A stretch of DNA of 64,000 nucleotides, from contig CAWHTE010000001.1 in NCBI GenBank assembly GCA_963832165.1, positions 544,001-608,000 of the forward strand. The letters run 5' to 3'. The position numbers and the translations under genes are program-made. The stretch's first letter is position 1; each line of letters starts with the position of its first letter. Source of the stretch: an uncultured delta proteobacterium (GTDB taxonomy: Bacteria; Myxococcota_A; UBA9160; SMWR01). The notes below the pieces were generated by a model. That model made no database searches. It was given only the letters and a program-made list of their open reading frames with translations, and was not told the DNA's origin. Positions 19,595-29,287 of this stretch are shown in pieces.

Positions 19595-20221
19595 CTACGT
19601 CGGCGACGACGTCTGCTGCGGTTGCTCGCCGTCCTGCACTTCGGGATCGGGCTCGGCGGCGACGCTGGCTCGTCGGCGCACCAGCTTCAGGCGCGGCGCG
19701 CGTCTCGCAGGCGGAATCGCGGTCTTCTCCCACGGCCTGCGGTCGATCCCGCGCATGGTGCTCACGAGCTGTTCGAGGCTGCTCATGCCGAGCGCGCCAT
19801 ACGAGGCGCCGAGTTCGCGCATGCGCGGCGCGGCTGCGAGCAGCAGCCGCACGTATCCGCGGCGCAGCAGCCGCGAGAAGCCCGCTTCGACACGGAAGCC
19901 GATGTGCACGTCGCGGTCTTCGCTCATGATGAGCGCGAACAGCTCGGCGGCAAAATCACCGGCGAGATGACCGGGCACCGCGGCGAGTCGATCGATCGCG
20001 GCGAGCGAGAAGCGGAACACGAAGTCGGGGTCTTCTGCGGCGCCGGGCAGCAGCAGCGTGTCGTCTCCGCGCCGCTCGAGGTGCCACGCCTCATCGGGGC
20101 GGTGGCGGAAGTACACCGTGCTCGTCACGGCGGGATCGAGCTTGCGCGCGGCGTCCTGCCACGCGGGGTGTGTCGCGAAGAGTCCCGCGAGCCGTTCGAT
20201 CCAGGGGTCGTGAGAGTGCAT
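19595..20221 (-). CDS. Hypothetical protein
   Basis: 208-aa ORF with coding-like composition and GGAG upstream. Confidence 0.55.
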   Translation of the reverse strand: MHSHDPWIERLAGLFATHPAWQDAARKLDPAVTSTVYFRHRPDEAWHLERRGDDTLLLPGAAEDPDFVFRFSLAAIDRLAAVPGHLAGDFAAELFALIMSEDRDVHIGFRVEAGFSRLLRRGYVRLLLAAAPRMRELGASYGALGMSSLEQLVSTMRGIDRRPWEKTAIPPARRAPRLKLVRRRASVAAEPDPEVQDGEQPQQTSSPT

Positions 20222-20425
20222 GGGCTCCGCCGGGACACATCGTGTGCACGCGGCGTACCCACATTAAGGGCCCCGCCGGGGTTGCGCGAGCAATTTCAAG
20301 GGAAATCAATAAATGGCGCTGGTAGTTAGGGAGTCGAACAGGATTCACTCCACAGGTGTCAACCCGTGCAACTCGGCGCGCGTGCTACTTCATCGACACG
20401 CCCACCACCGGAGGCAAATTGCCCG

Positions 20426-21379
20426 ATGACCCAGCGCGACTACGACCCCGCGTTCCAGAAGCTCTTGCCGCTGCTTCCGACCACGCAGGACCTCTCGACC
20501 GTCGAGAAGGTGCGCGAGATGCGCAACGCGCCCGAGCGCATGGCGATGTTCCAGATGCCTCCGGATCGCGACGACGTGATCAAGGAGGATCACCGGATCG
20601 CGGGCCCTGCGAACGCCCCCGACGTCGACGTGCGCGTCTATCGGCCGAAAGCTCCCGCGAGCGAGCCGCGGCCGGCCGTGTTCGAGATCCACGGCGGCGG
20701 CTTCCTGATGGGCAACATCGCGATGATGGACCCGTGGTGCCAACGCGTCGCCGCGGAGATCGATGCGGTGGTCGTCTCGGTCGAGTACCGGCTCGCGCCC
20801 GAGCATCCGTTTCCGGCCGGTGTCGAGGATTGTTATGCAGCGCTCGTATGGACCGCGACCGAGGCGAAGAAGCTCGGGATCGATCCGGAGCGGATCGCGG
20901 TGGCAGGGCAGAGCGCGGGCGGCGGACTCGCCGCAGCCACCGCGCTGCTCGCGCGCGACCGCGGTGGGCCGAAGCTGTGCTTCCAGCTGCTCGAGATTCC
21001 CGAGCTCGACGACCGGCTCGACACGCCTTCGATGCTCGCATTCACCGACACGCCGCTGTGGAACCGGCCCAACGCGGTGTGGAGCTGGAAGCACTACCTC
21101 GGGCCCGACCACCAGGGGGACGTGTCGCCCTATGCGGCGCCCGCGCGCGCCGAGAATCTCGCAGGGCTGCCGCCCGCCTACATCTCGACGATGGAGTTCG
21201 ACCCGCTGCGCGACGAGGGCATCCTGTACGGGTTGCGCCTGCTCCAGGCCGGCGTGTCGGTCGAGCTGCACTCGTACCCGGGCACGTTCCACGGGTCGGC
21301 GCTGCTGCCGGCGGCCGAGGTGTCGCGGCGCAACATGGACGAGGTGTTCGGCGTGCTCGCGCGGCGGCTGCGGCGGTAG
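20426..21379 (+). CDS. HSL-family alpha/beta hydrolase (esterase)
   Basis: HGGGF, YRLAPEHPFP, GQSAGG, DPLRDEG, FHG. Confidence 0.93.
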   Translation: MTQRDYDPAFQKLLPLLPTTQDLSTVEKVREMRNAPERMAMFQMPPDRDDVIKEDHRIAGPANAPDVDVRVYRPKAPASEPRPAVFEIHGGGFLMGNIAMMDPWCQRVAAEIDAVVVSVEYRLAPEHPFPAGVEDCYAALVWTATEAKKLGIDPERIAVAGQSAGGGLAAATALLARDRGGPKLCFQLLEIPELDDRLDTPSMLAFTDTPLWNRPNAVWSWKHYLGPDHQGDVSPYAAPARAENLAGLPPAYISTMEFDPLRDEGILYGLRLLQAGVSVELHSYPGTFHGSALLPAAEVSRRNMDEVFGVLARRLRR

Positions 21380-21501
21380 GGCGGATTAGCTCGCGTGCGC
21401 CACCGCGCCAAGCGCGGACCATCGACCGAGCGTAATTCGCCATCCAGCCGGCGCGTTTCGCCGAAGTGGCGGATTACGCCCTTCGGGCTAATCCGCCCTA
21501 C
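21376..21501. repeat. Inverted pair of GTAG-type REP elements
   Basis: Terminal inverted repeat GTAGGGCGGATTAGC; right copy GTAGGGCGGATTAGCCCGAAGGGCGTAATCCGCC on minus strand (21468-21501). Confidence 0.85.
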
Positions 21502-22507
21502 AAGAAGCGACGAGCGCCTTGCGGTGAGCGATGCGCTCGCGGGATGCCGAGAGTCGGGTGGCGAGCTCGGGATCGGCGAGCTCATCGCGTCGCACCTGCT
21601 CGGCCGCCCGGAAGCACTCCTGTTCCTGCTGCAGAAGGTTGTTCCCGATGCACAGGAGATCCACGCCGGCGCGCAGCGCGCGCAGCGATGCCGCTTCGGT
21701 CGTGCAGATCGCCTGAAGGCCCTTCATCTGGAGATCGTCGGTGAGCAGCAGCGCCTCGGGCAGCGCCGCGCGCAGCTTTGCGATCGCCGGCACGGACACA
21801 GAGACGGGCCACCGCTCGTCCCAGTTCCGCTCGATTCCGTGTGAGAGCAAGATCGCGGAGCCGAACATCCGGTCGCACAGCTCCACGAAGACCCGGAGCT
21901 GCGCATCCGAGACCGTGCCGGTGATGTCGGTGAGCGCGAGGTGCGAATCGGTCGCGGCGCCGCCGAGGCCGGGATAGTGCTTGAGGCACAGGCCGAGCCC
22001 GACCGACTCCGCCACCTCGCCCTGGAGGAGCGCGCAGCGCTCGACCTCCGACGCGTCTGCCGAGAACGATCGCTCGATCGCGCCGATGTTCGGGTTGCTC
22101 GGGTTCGTGTTCAGGTCGACGACGGGCGCGAGGTTGTAGTCGATTCCGAGCCGCTTCATCTCCGAGAAACTCTCGGTCGTGAGGCGTCTCGCCTCTTCGG
22201 GGGGCAGCTTCGAGAAGTCCGCCGCACTCGGCAGCTCGCGGAAGCCCGCCGCCGGCTTGAGCCGCCGCACCTTCCCACCTTCCTGATCGATGAAGACGAG
22301 TGGATGCGAGGGGAGGGCGTGAGTCTCCGCGCACAGCGCGCGCACCTGATCCGGACTCTCGATGTTGCGCGCCCCGCCGCGTGCAATGTCGCGGTCGAAC
22401 AGGATCAGACCGCCGAGCCCGAACTCCCGCTCGAACTCGCGGACCCAATCCGGGAGCGTGAACCCGTGGAAGCCGAGGACGAAGTGCTCTCCGACGCGAT
22501 GGCTCAC
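21488..22507 (-). CDS. nagZ: GH3 beta-N-acetylhexosaminidase
   Basis: IDQEGGKVRR, NLAPVVD, KHYPGLG...DSH, TDDLQM; GTG start overlaps upstream stop. Confidence 0.85.
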   Translation of the reverse strand: MSHRVGEHFVLGFHGFTLPDWVREFEREFGLGGLILFDRDIARGGARNIESPDQVRALCAETHALPSHPLVFIDQEGGKVRRLKPAAGFRELPSAADFSKLPPEEARRLTTESFSEMKRLGIDYNLAPVVDLNTNPSNPNIGAIERSFSADASEVERCALLQGEVAESVGLGLCLKHYPGLGGAATDSHLALTDITGTVSDAQLRVFVELCDRMFGSAILLSHGIERNWDERWPVSVSVPAIAKLRAALPEALLLTDDLQMKGLQAICTTEAASLRALRAGVDLLCIGNNLLQQEQECFRAAEQVRRDELADPELATRLSASRERIAHRKALVASCRAD

Positions 22508-23616
22508 AGGCTCTCGAACGGCACCACCTCGGCGCGCGGCGTTTCGATCTCGCCCTGGGGCAGCATGAAGCGCCAGAATACGAGGCCGAACTGACGCTCT
22601 TCGGTGTCGAGCCAATTGGGCAGACCCGGATCGCGGTGGGCGAGGATCATCCGGAAGCTGCCGTCCTTCTCGAGCACCGTCTGAGCGCGATTGCGCGAGG
22701 CGGACCGGTTCGCGAAGTCGTAGGTCTGCATGTGCCGGTTCCACAGCGACACGTTCGCGAAGCGGCATTCCGGCCAGCGCCCCGTCATCACGAGTGCGTC
22801 GTCCGGGCCGACCAGGTAGGGCGCCATCGAGTAGGCGGCGTCGAACGCGGCGAGCCCGAACGCGCCCGGCGTCACGGGCTTGGGGAACTGGTTCGGCACG
22901 ATCGAGACGAACGGCGGCTGCTCGCGCTGCCCCATCGGCGGCTGGTTCAGCGTGCGGCTGCGCACGAACGTGGCCACGCGCCGGATCCCGCGCGCCACCG
23001 AAGCGTCGCTGGGCGCGGGCGGCACCGGCACGCGTCCCTCCACGTCGATCTGGAGCGCGGGGTTGCGCGTGGGATCCGCGGCCGCGGAGCGCTCGTTCTC
23101 GTAGTAGTGGCGCGTGGTGATGCGCGAGGCGCCGGGCTCGAGTGGGAGCCAGTTGCGGACCGCGGGCTTTCCGCCGAAGCGGAGCTCGAAGCGGCCGTCG
23201 CCGTCGACGTCGAACTGCGTGTCGTTGAGCACGCCGCCCGTGCGTGAGGCCATGTCGCCGTTTGCGGTGTCGCACTCGATCGTGAACGAGACGTAGACCG
23301 CGCCGTCCATGCGGCCGCGCACGCAGTAGCTGTACTCGGGGCTCACCGGGGCGTCGTAGTAGATCGCGTCGGCGTTGTCGCCCGTGATCTTGCGCGTTGC
23401 GGACACGATGCGCTGAAACCGCGGCCGCGTGGCATCGGTCTCGAGGAACGTGATCAGACCGCCCTCGAGCATGTGCAGGAGCGCACGGTGCGCGTTGGCG
23501 ACGTCGGATTCGCTCTGGAGGTTCCACTCCGGGCCTGCCCAGCGCTCGTCGATCTCGGACAGCAAGTCGATCAGTTCGCGCAGCGCCTTGCGGCTCTCGG
23601 TCTGGATCGGGCTCAT
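22504..23616 (-). CDS. DUF1214-type protein
   Basis: GDNADAIY, DGSFRMILAHRDPGLPNWLDT, FWRFMLP motifs. Confidence 0.8.
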   Translation of the reverse strand: MSPIQTESRKALRELIDLLSEIDERWAGPEWNLQSESDVANAHRALLHMLEGGLITFLETDATRPRFQRIVSATRKITGDNADAIYYDAPVSPEYSYCVRGRMDGAVYVSFTIECDTANGDMASRTGGVLNDTQFDVDGDGRFELRFGGKPAVRNWLPLEPGASRITTRHYYENERSAAADPTRNPALQIDVEGRVPVPPAPSDASVARGIRRVATFVRSRTLNQPPMGQREQPPFVSIVPNQFPKPVTPGAFGLAAFDAAYSMAPYLVGPDDALVMTGRWPECRFANVSLWNRHMQTYDFANRSASRNRAQTVLEKDGSFRMILAHRDPGLPNWLDTEERQFGLVFWRFMLPQGEIETPRAEVVPFESL

Positions 23617-23651
23617 CGGGGTGCTCCTTCGGCGTGGCTACGGTGTCCCGG

Positions 23652-24134
23652 TCAGGCGGGAGTTGCGAAGTAGAACTCCTCGCGGACCACCTTGCCGTCG
23701 CGCACCGTGTACACGGCGATCTCTTCCATCGCGTGCCGCTGGCCCGTCGCCTTCTCGACGATCTGGATGACGAACTTCACCGCGAAGCCGGTCGCGCCCA
23801 CCCACGGTCCCTCGATCTTCGAATCGACGACTTCGTTGTCGGCCTCCCAGGCGCGGTACTTCGCGAGCACGTTCTTCTTGCCCTTCCACGCCATCGAAGC
23901 GCCGAGGCCTTCCACCGACTCGATGCTCTGGCCGAGCCAGCGCTCTTCCACCTCCGCGTACTTCCCGGCGCGCAGCAGCTCGGTGACCTGCTTCGCGACC
24001 TCGAGCGGAGCGGGGCCCTTCCCGGTCTTCACGGGCTTGGGGCCCGCGCTCGCGGCGGGCTTGCGCGTGCGCGTCGTGCGCCCCCGGGCCTTCGCACGTG
24101 TCTTCGCGCTCTTCTTCGCCTTCTTCGAAGCCAT
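23652..24134 (-). CDS. SnoaL/NTF2-like protein with Lys/Arg-rich N-terminal extension
   Basis: IESVE, MEEIAVYTVRDGKVVREEFYF; AGGAGG RBS. Confidence 0.8.
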   Translation of the reverse strand: MASKKAKKSAKTRAKARGRTTRTRKPAASAGPKPVKTGKGPAPLEVAKQVTELLRAGKYAEVEERWLGQSIESVEGLGASMAWKGKKNVLAKYRAWEADNEVVDSKIEGPWVGATGFAVKFVIQIVEKATGQRHAMEEIAVYTVRDGKVVREEFYFATPA

Positions 24135-24211
24135 GCGGATCCTCCTGCTCGGGCGCTTTCCGTTGGTACCACGCCCCGGCGCAGCGCGGTACTGGCTATC
24201 GTCGGCGCGCA

Positions 24212-25432
24212 ATGGACATCGCCGCCCATCTCTCGCTCGGATGGCAGGTCGCCGCGGCCGCGGGCCGGATCGGCTCGGATCGCGTCGGCGCGTCGTTCGG
24301 CCGCGCGCTGCCCGCGACGCCCGAGGAGATCGCACGGCCCGGCGTGATCGAAAAGATCCTGCGCACGGGCGCGCCCGAAGGGCGCGAGCCGCTCCCGCCC
24401 GTCGCGCGCGTGCGCCTGCCCGGAGTAGAGTTCGAGAGCAGCAACTGCCGAAACTTTCTCGTCGATCTCGAGTTCGACGAGGAGTCCGCTCGGCCCGGGC
24501 TGCCCGCGACCGCGTACGTGAAGCTGCCGTGCCGCGCGCTCGCAACGCGAGTATTCGCGAACGCCCTCGGCTTCTGGGCACTCGAGTGCACGTTCTGCCG
24601 CACCCTCGCGCACCGCGTACCGATCCGTGTGCCGCGCGTCTACGCGGTCGTGCAGCGCGGCTCGCGCTTCGTGCTCGTACTCGAAGACCTGTCGGCGCTG
24701 CCGGGCGTGCGGCTGTTCCTGAACCGCGACATGGCGGCGGGCACCACGCCCGAGCGCGCGGCGCGCGCTCTCTCGACGCTCGCAGAGCTGCACGCGGGAT
24801 TCTGGGAGTGGGACGCAGCGCGGCGGGAGACGCTGCTCCCGATGGCGCTGCACCCATTTCTGCCGCGGCGTCGCCGCGCGGTGTCGCGCGCGTTGCTCGC
24901 GGCCGCGATCGGGCCGTGCCGTTCTCGCGCTCCGGACGTGTTCACGCCGCAGCTCGCCGCGCTATGCCAACGCGCGCTCGCGCGCTGGGATGATCTGATC
25001 GCCTACTGGTACGCGGGACCGCTCACGCTCGTCCACGGCGACAGCCACCTCGGAAACCTGTTCGAGATGGATGGGCCCGAAGGTCCGCAGATGGGCATGA
25101 TCGATTTCCAGGCGGTGCATTGGTCGAAGGGCCTGCGTGACGTCCAGTACCACCTGATCCACTCGCTCGCGCCCGATGTGCTCGCGCAACACGAGTCGAG
25201 CCTGATCGATCACTACGCGGCAGAGCTCGCGCGGCGCGGGATCGCCCTCGACCGCGAGCTCGCGCGCGAGCAGTACCGCGCATTCTCGTTCCAGACGCTG
25301 ATGACGGACGCGGTGTCGTTCGCGGGCGGATTGACCGAGCGCGAGGCCGTGGTGAGGACCGTGCTCGGGCGCTCCGCGGCGGCCGTCGAGCGGCTGGGCT
25401 TCGCGGGCTGGCTCGACGCGCTGCCCGCATAG
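24212..25432 (+). CDS. Phosphotransferase (APH/EcKinase-like)
   Basis: YVKLP, LVLEDL, TLVHGDSHLGNL, IDFQ. Confidence 0.85.
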   Translation: MDIAAHLSLGWQVAAAAGRIGSDRVGASFGRALPATPEEIARPGVIEKILRTGAPEGREPLPPVARVRLPGVEFESSNCRNFLVDLEFDEESARPGLPATAYVKLPCRALATRVFANALGFWALECTFCRTLAHRVPIRVPRVYAVVQRGSRFVLVLEDLSALPGVRLFLNRDMAAGTTPERAARALSTLAELHAGFWEWDAARRETLLPMALHPFLPRRRRAVSRALLAAAIGPCRSRAPDVFTPQLAALCQRALARWDDLIAYWYAGPLTLVHGDSHLGNLFEMDGPEGPQMGMIDFQAVHWSKGLRDVQYHLIHSLAPDVLAQHESSLIDHYAAELARRGIALDRELAREQYRAFSFQTLMTDAVSFAGGLTEREAVVRTVLGRSAAAVERLGFAGWLDALPA

Positions 25433-25445
25433 TGCCGCGCGCGGC

Positions 25446-27659
25446 CTAACCCGGTGATACCCAGCTCCGCTTCCCCGCCAGCCAGCGCAGGAAGAAGTAC
25501 TCGTTGATCGGGCGGTCGTCCTCGAGCGCCGGGGTGTCGGGGAGGCGCTCCGCGAGCTTCGCGGGGAGGAGCTCCTGCCCGAGCACCGTTTGGAAGCTCT
25601 GCACCGCCCCGAACTGCGGATGCCACTCGATTAGATCCGCCGTGGCGCCGGGCGGCAGTCGGCTCGCGAGCGCCGCGGCGTCGAGGTCCGCGATCGGCTC
25701 CATGCTCGCGAGGTAGTGGAGGCCCCAGCCCCGGATCGAGACGAACGCCCGCACGTGCGGGAACGACTCCTGGAGCGCCCTCGTGACGGAGGCGAGGATC
25801 GCGAGGTCGTCTCCGGACGGGAACCACTGCTGCACGATGCCCCCGGTCGCCAGGCGCCGCTTGATCAGCCCGTAGAATTCCCGCGAGTAGAGCAGGCTCG
25901 ACCCCGCGGCCTCCACGGGCGGAGGCGGGTCGATCGTCACCGCGTCGTACTGCTCGACGCTGCGCTCGAGGAAGCGCCGGCCATCGTCCACGAGCACGCG
26001 CGCGCCCGGCGCGGAGAGCACGCGCTGCGCGTCCGCGTGGAAGTACGGGAACAGCGCCGGAACGCTCGGGATCAGCTCGATCGCGTCCGTCGGCACGCCC
26101 CACGACACCGACGAGCGGAAGCTCGTGCCCATCCCGAAGCAGATCACGAGCACGCGGCGCGGCGGATGCTCGAGGTGCGCGAGCGGCAGGTGCACCATCA
26201 TCTTCGCGATCGTGTCGATGCGCGTCACTCCGATGCCGTTCACGATCAGGTCCAGGTTGCCGTTGGGGTCGCGCACCGCGATCACGGTCGCCGCGTGATC
26301 GCGGCGCACTTCGCGCTCCGGATAGATCGTCTCGAAGTCCACGGTCGACACGGCGATCAGAGCGGCGAGCGCACCTGCGGGGAGCAGGGCGGCGCGTGGC
26401 CCGCCCGAACCGCGCAGTGACAGCGCGGCGGCAATCGCGGCCAGCGGGACGCCGAGCGCGAGCAGCGATCCGCGCTCCCCGAGCCACGGAAGCAGCACGA
26501 ACGACGCGAGCAGCGGCCCGAGCACGCAGCCGACGATGTTCACGGCGTAGACGCCGCCCGCGCGCCGCGGATCGCCGCCCGACCAGCGGTCGACGAGCAT
26601 CGGCGTCAGGAAGCCGACGGCCGCACAGAACGGGGCGATCCCGGGGACCACCCGAGCGAGCCCCAGCGCGAAGGTGTGCTCGCCCGCGAGCCGCGGGTCG
26701 GCGAAGACCAGCGGGAACAGCGCGAGCGCGAACGCGGCGATCCAGAGCGGCGCCAGCAGCGAGGACGAGCCCGGTGCGGGCTGCGATCGCGCCCACCGGC
26801 GATAGGCGATCGCGCCGAGAAACGTCGCGCCGAGATAGATCGCGAGGATCGACGCGAACGCATACACCACGGTGCCCAGGAACGGCGCGAACTGCCGGAC
26901 CCACACCACCTCCATCGCCATGCTGAGCAGGCCCGTCGCGAACAGGAGCCACGGCGCCGCGGCGCGGCCGCGGATCGGGAACGCGTCGGCGGCAGCGGCG
27001 GACGGCGTGTGTGCGTGCGCAGCGCCCGCGGATGCGAACGCGCTCGACGCCAGTGCGCCCACGGCCACCAGCCCGTTGAGGGCGGCGAGCGCGCGCCCGG
27101 TCCCGCGAAATCCGAGCAGCTCGATCAACACGAACGCGGACGTGAGCGCCCCGAGCGTCGCCCCGAGCACGTTGGCGCCGTACAAGAAGCTGAACGAGCG
27201 ATCGGAGGACCCGGGCCTCGCGCGGCGCAGCGCCGCGATGCCGAGCGGGAAGGTCGCACCCATCGCGGTGCAGAACGGTAAGAGCGTCAGCGCGATCCAC
27301 GCGCCCGCGGCGAGATGATGCGCTCCCGACGCCCATGCGACCTCGTCCCCGAGCCGGGCCAGCAGCTGCTGGCCGTACCGGAGCTCGTAGGGCACGACCC
27401 ACCCCGCGATTCCGATGCACGCCTCGCTGAGCGCGTAGGCGCGCAGCGCCGCTCCGGCGCTGCGGGTCTCGAGCGCACGGGCGATCGCGCCGCCGAGCCA
27501 GCTGCCGAGCGCCAGCCCGCCCATGAACGCCGAGAGCACGATCGAGACCAGCGGCGTCGTCACGCCGAAGCCGGCCATCGCCAGGCGCAGCCACACCACC
27601 TCGTAGGCCAGGCTGCAGAAGCCAGACACGAGGAAGAACGCGAACATCCGGCGCGCCAT
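25446..27659 (-). CDS. Fused membrane domain/spermidine synthase-like methyltransferase
   Basis: SGFCSLAYEVVWLR, YGANVLG, VLVICFGMGTS, DDGRRFL, YSREFY, DDRPINEY. Confidence 0.88.
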   Translation of the reverse strand: MARRMFAFFLVSGFCSLAYEVVWLRLAMAGFGVTTPLVSIVLSAFMGGLALGSWLGGAIARALETRSAGAALRAYALSEACIGIAGWVVPYELRYGQQLLARLGDEVAWASGAHHLAAGAWIALTLLPFCTAMGATFPLGIAALRRARPGSSDRSFSFLYGANVLGATLGALTSAFVLIELLGFRGTGRALAALNGLVAVGALASSAFASAGAAHAHTPSAAAADAFPIRGRAAAPWLLFATGLLSMAMEVVWVRQFAPFLGTVVYAFASILAIYLGATFLGAIAYRRWARSQPAPGSSSLLAPLWIAAFALALFPLVFADPRLAGEHTFALGLARVVPGIAPFCAAVGFLTPMLVDRWSGGDPRRAGGVYAVNIVGCVLGPLLASFVLLPWLGERGSLLALGVPLAAIAAALSLRGSGGPRAALLPAGALAALIAVSTVDFETIYPEREVRRDHAATVIAVRDPNGNLDLIVNGIGVTRIDTIAKMMVHLPLAHLEHPPRRVLVICFGMGTSFRSSVSWGVPTDAIELIPSVPALFPYFHADAQRVLSAPGARVLVDDGRRFLERSVEQYDAVTIDPPPPVEAAGSSLLYSREFYGLIKRRLATGGIVQQWFPSGDDLAILASVTRALQESFPHVRAFVSIRGWGLHYLASMEPIADLDAAALASRLPPGATADLIEWHPQFGAVQSFQTVLGQELLPAKLAERLPDTPALEDDRPINEYFFLRWLAGKRSWVSPG

Positions 27660-27681
27660 CCGCGAAGCGCTCTCGAAGGTG

Positions 27682-28857
27682 CTAGTCGATCCTTCCGAGG
27701 ATCATCGCGCTGGTCGGCACGCCGACGCCCGACGTGACGAGCACGTGGTTCACGTCCTTCTCGGGCTGGTTCACCGACTCGCCGCGCACGAGCCGCACAC
27801 CTTCGTTCACCCCGTTCATGCCGTGGATGTACGCCTCGGAGAGCTGCCCGCCGTTGGTGTTGGTGGGAAGCCGCCCGCCGCGCGCGATGCCGCCCGCGGC
27901 AGCGAACTCCTGCGCCTCGCCGGGCTTGCAGAAGCCGAACGACTCGAGCTGCCACAGCACGATCGCGGTGAACGCGTCGTAGATGATCGCCGCATCGACA
28001 TCGTCGGGAGACAGACCCGAGATCTCCCAGCACTGGCGCGCGACCACGTCCATCTCCGGGATCGCGCCGATGTCGTCGCGGTAGAAGCTCGTCATCGCTT
28101 CCTGGTCCTGGCCCGAGCCCTGCGCGACGCCGCGGATCAGCGCGGGCTTCTGCCGCAAGTCCTTCGCGCGCTCGGGCGTGGTGACGATGCAGCACGCGGC
28201 GCCGTCGCTCTCCTGACAGCAGTCGTAGAGCCGGAACGGCTCCACGATCCACTTCGAGGCCAGGTACTCCTCCATCGAGAGGGGGCGCTGGTAGAAGAAC
28301 GCGCGCGGGTTGGTGACCGCGAAGTCGCGGATCGAGATCGCAACATGGCCGAGCTGCTCGGCGGTGGTGCCGAACTTGTGGGCGTAGCGGCGCTGGAACA
28401 TCGCCACCCACGACGCGGGTGTGAGCAGCCCGGACGGCATGTACCAGCTGTAGTGGATCGTGTCGCTCGTGATCAGGTCGCCCGACACGCCCATGCTGAA
28501 GCGGTGCCCCGAGCGTCCGTTGAGCGTGCGGTAGCAGACCACGTAGTTCGCAGCGCCCGTTGCCACCGCCATCGCGGCCTGGTGCAGCGTGGCCGTCGCG
28601 GCGCCGCCGCCGTGGTGCGCCTTGCTGATGAAGCGCAGCTCGCCGATGCCGAGCGCGCGCGCGAGCTCGATCTCGTCGGTGCTGTCCATCGTGAACGAAG
28701 ACATGCCGTCGATCTCTTTCGGATCGACGCCGCAGTCCTGGATCGCGGCGCGCAGCGCTTCGCAGCCGAGCTGCAGCTCGGAGCGCTTCGAATTCTTGGA
28801 GTACTCCGTCTCGCCGATTCCGACGATCGCGGCCTCGTCTTTCAACGTGGTAGGCAT
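27682..28857 (-). CDS. Thiolase-like lipid-transfer protein (Ltp2-like aldolase)
   Basis: AAIVGIGETEYSKNS, DCCQESDG, IYDAFT, NTNGGQLSEAYIHGMN. Confidence 0.9.
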   Translation of the reverse strand: MPTTLKDEAAIVGIGETEYSKNSKRSELQLGCEALRAAIQDCGVDPKEIDGMSSFTMDSTDEIELARALGIGELRFISKAHHGGGAATATLHQAAMAVATGAANYVVCYRTLNGRSGHRFSMGVSGDLITSDTIHYSWYMPSGLLTPASWVAMFQRRYAHKFGTTAEQLGHVAISIRDFAVTNPRAFFYQRPLSMEEYLASKWIVEPFRLYDCCQESDGAACCIVTTPERAKDLRQKPALIRGVAQGSGQDQEAMTSFYRDDIGAIPEMDVVARQCWEISGLSPDDVDAAIIYDAFTAIVLWQLESFGFCKPGEAQEFAAAGGIARGGRLPTNTNGGQLSEAYIHGMNGVNEGVRLVRGESVNQPEKDVNHVLVTSGVGVPTSAMILGRID

Positions 28858-29279
28858 CAGCGGCTCCCCTTCGGCAACTCGACGACGACGGTGCCGGTGA
28901 CGTGGTTGCCCCAGCTGTTGGCTCCCTTGACCTCCACTTCGGCGGTGCTCGCGGCCGCGTCGAGCGACTTCACGGTGCCGCGCAGCTTCATCGTGTCACC
29001 GGGCATGTTCGGGGTGCCGAGGCGGATCGCGACGCGCGTGATGCGCGCGTCGGGTCCGGCCCAGTCGGTCACGAAGCGCCCGACGAGGCCGTTCGTGGTC
29101 AGGATGTTCATGAACACGTCGTCGACGCCCGAGCTCTGCGCGGCGGCCTTGTCGTGGTGCACGGGCGTGAAGTCGCGCGAGGCGAGCGCCGTGGAGATGA
29201 TCAGGCTCGTCGTGAGCGGGATGTCGAGCCCGGGCAGCTCCTGCCCGACCTTCAACTGTTCGAAGCGAACGCTCTGCAT
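28857..29279 (-). CDS. MaoC-like dehydratase (ChsH1-like)
   Basis: ALASRDFTPVHHD, FMNILTTNGLVGRFVTDWAGP, GNHVTGTV. Confidence 0.88.
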   Translation of the reverse strand: MQSVRFEQLKVGQELPGLDIPLTTSLIISTALASRDFTPVHHDKAAAQSSGVDDVFMNILTTNGLVGRFVTDWAGPDARITRVAIRLGTPNMPGDTMKLRGTVKSLDAAASTAEVEVKGANSWGNHVTGTVVVELPKGSR

Positions 29280-29287
29280 GGCTCCTC

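Noticed and set aside
21488..23527. 679-aa ORF as one protein
   Set aside because: Its N-terminal half is an alternate frame of the DUF1214 gene; nagZ starts at GTG 22507.
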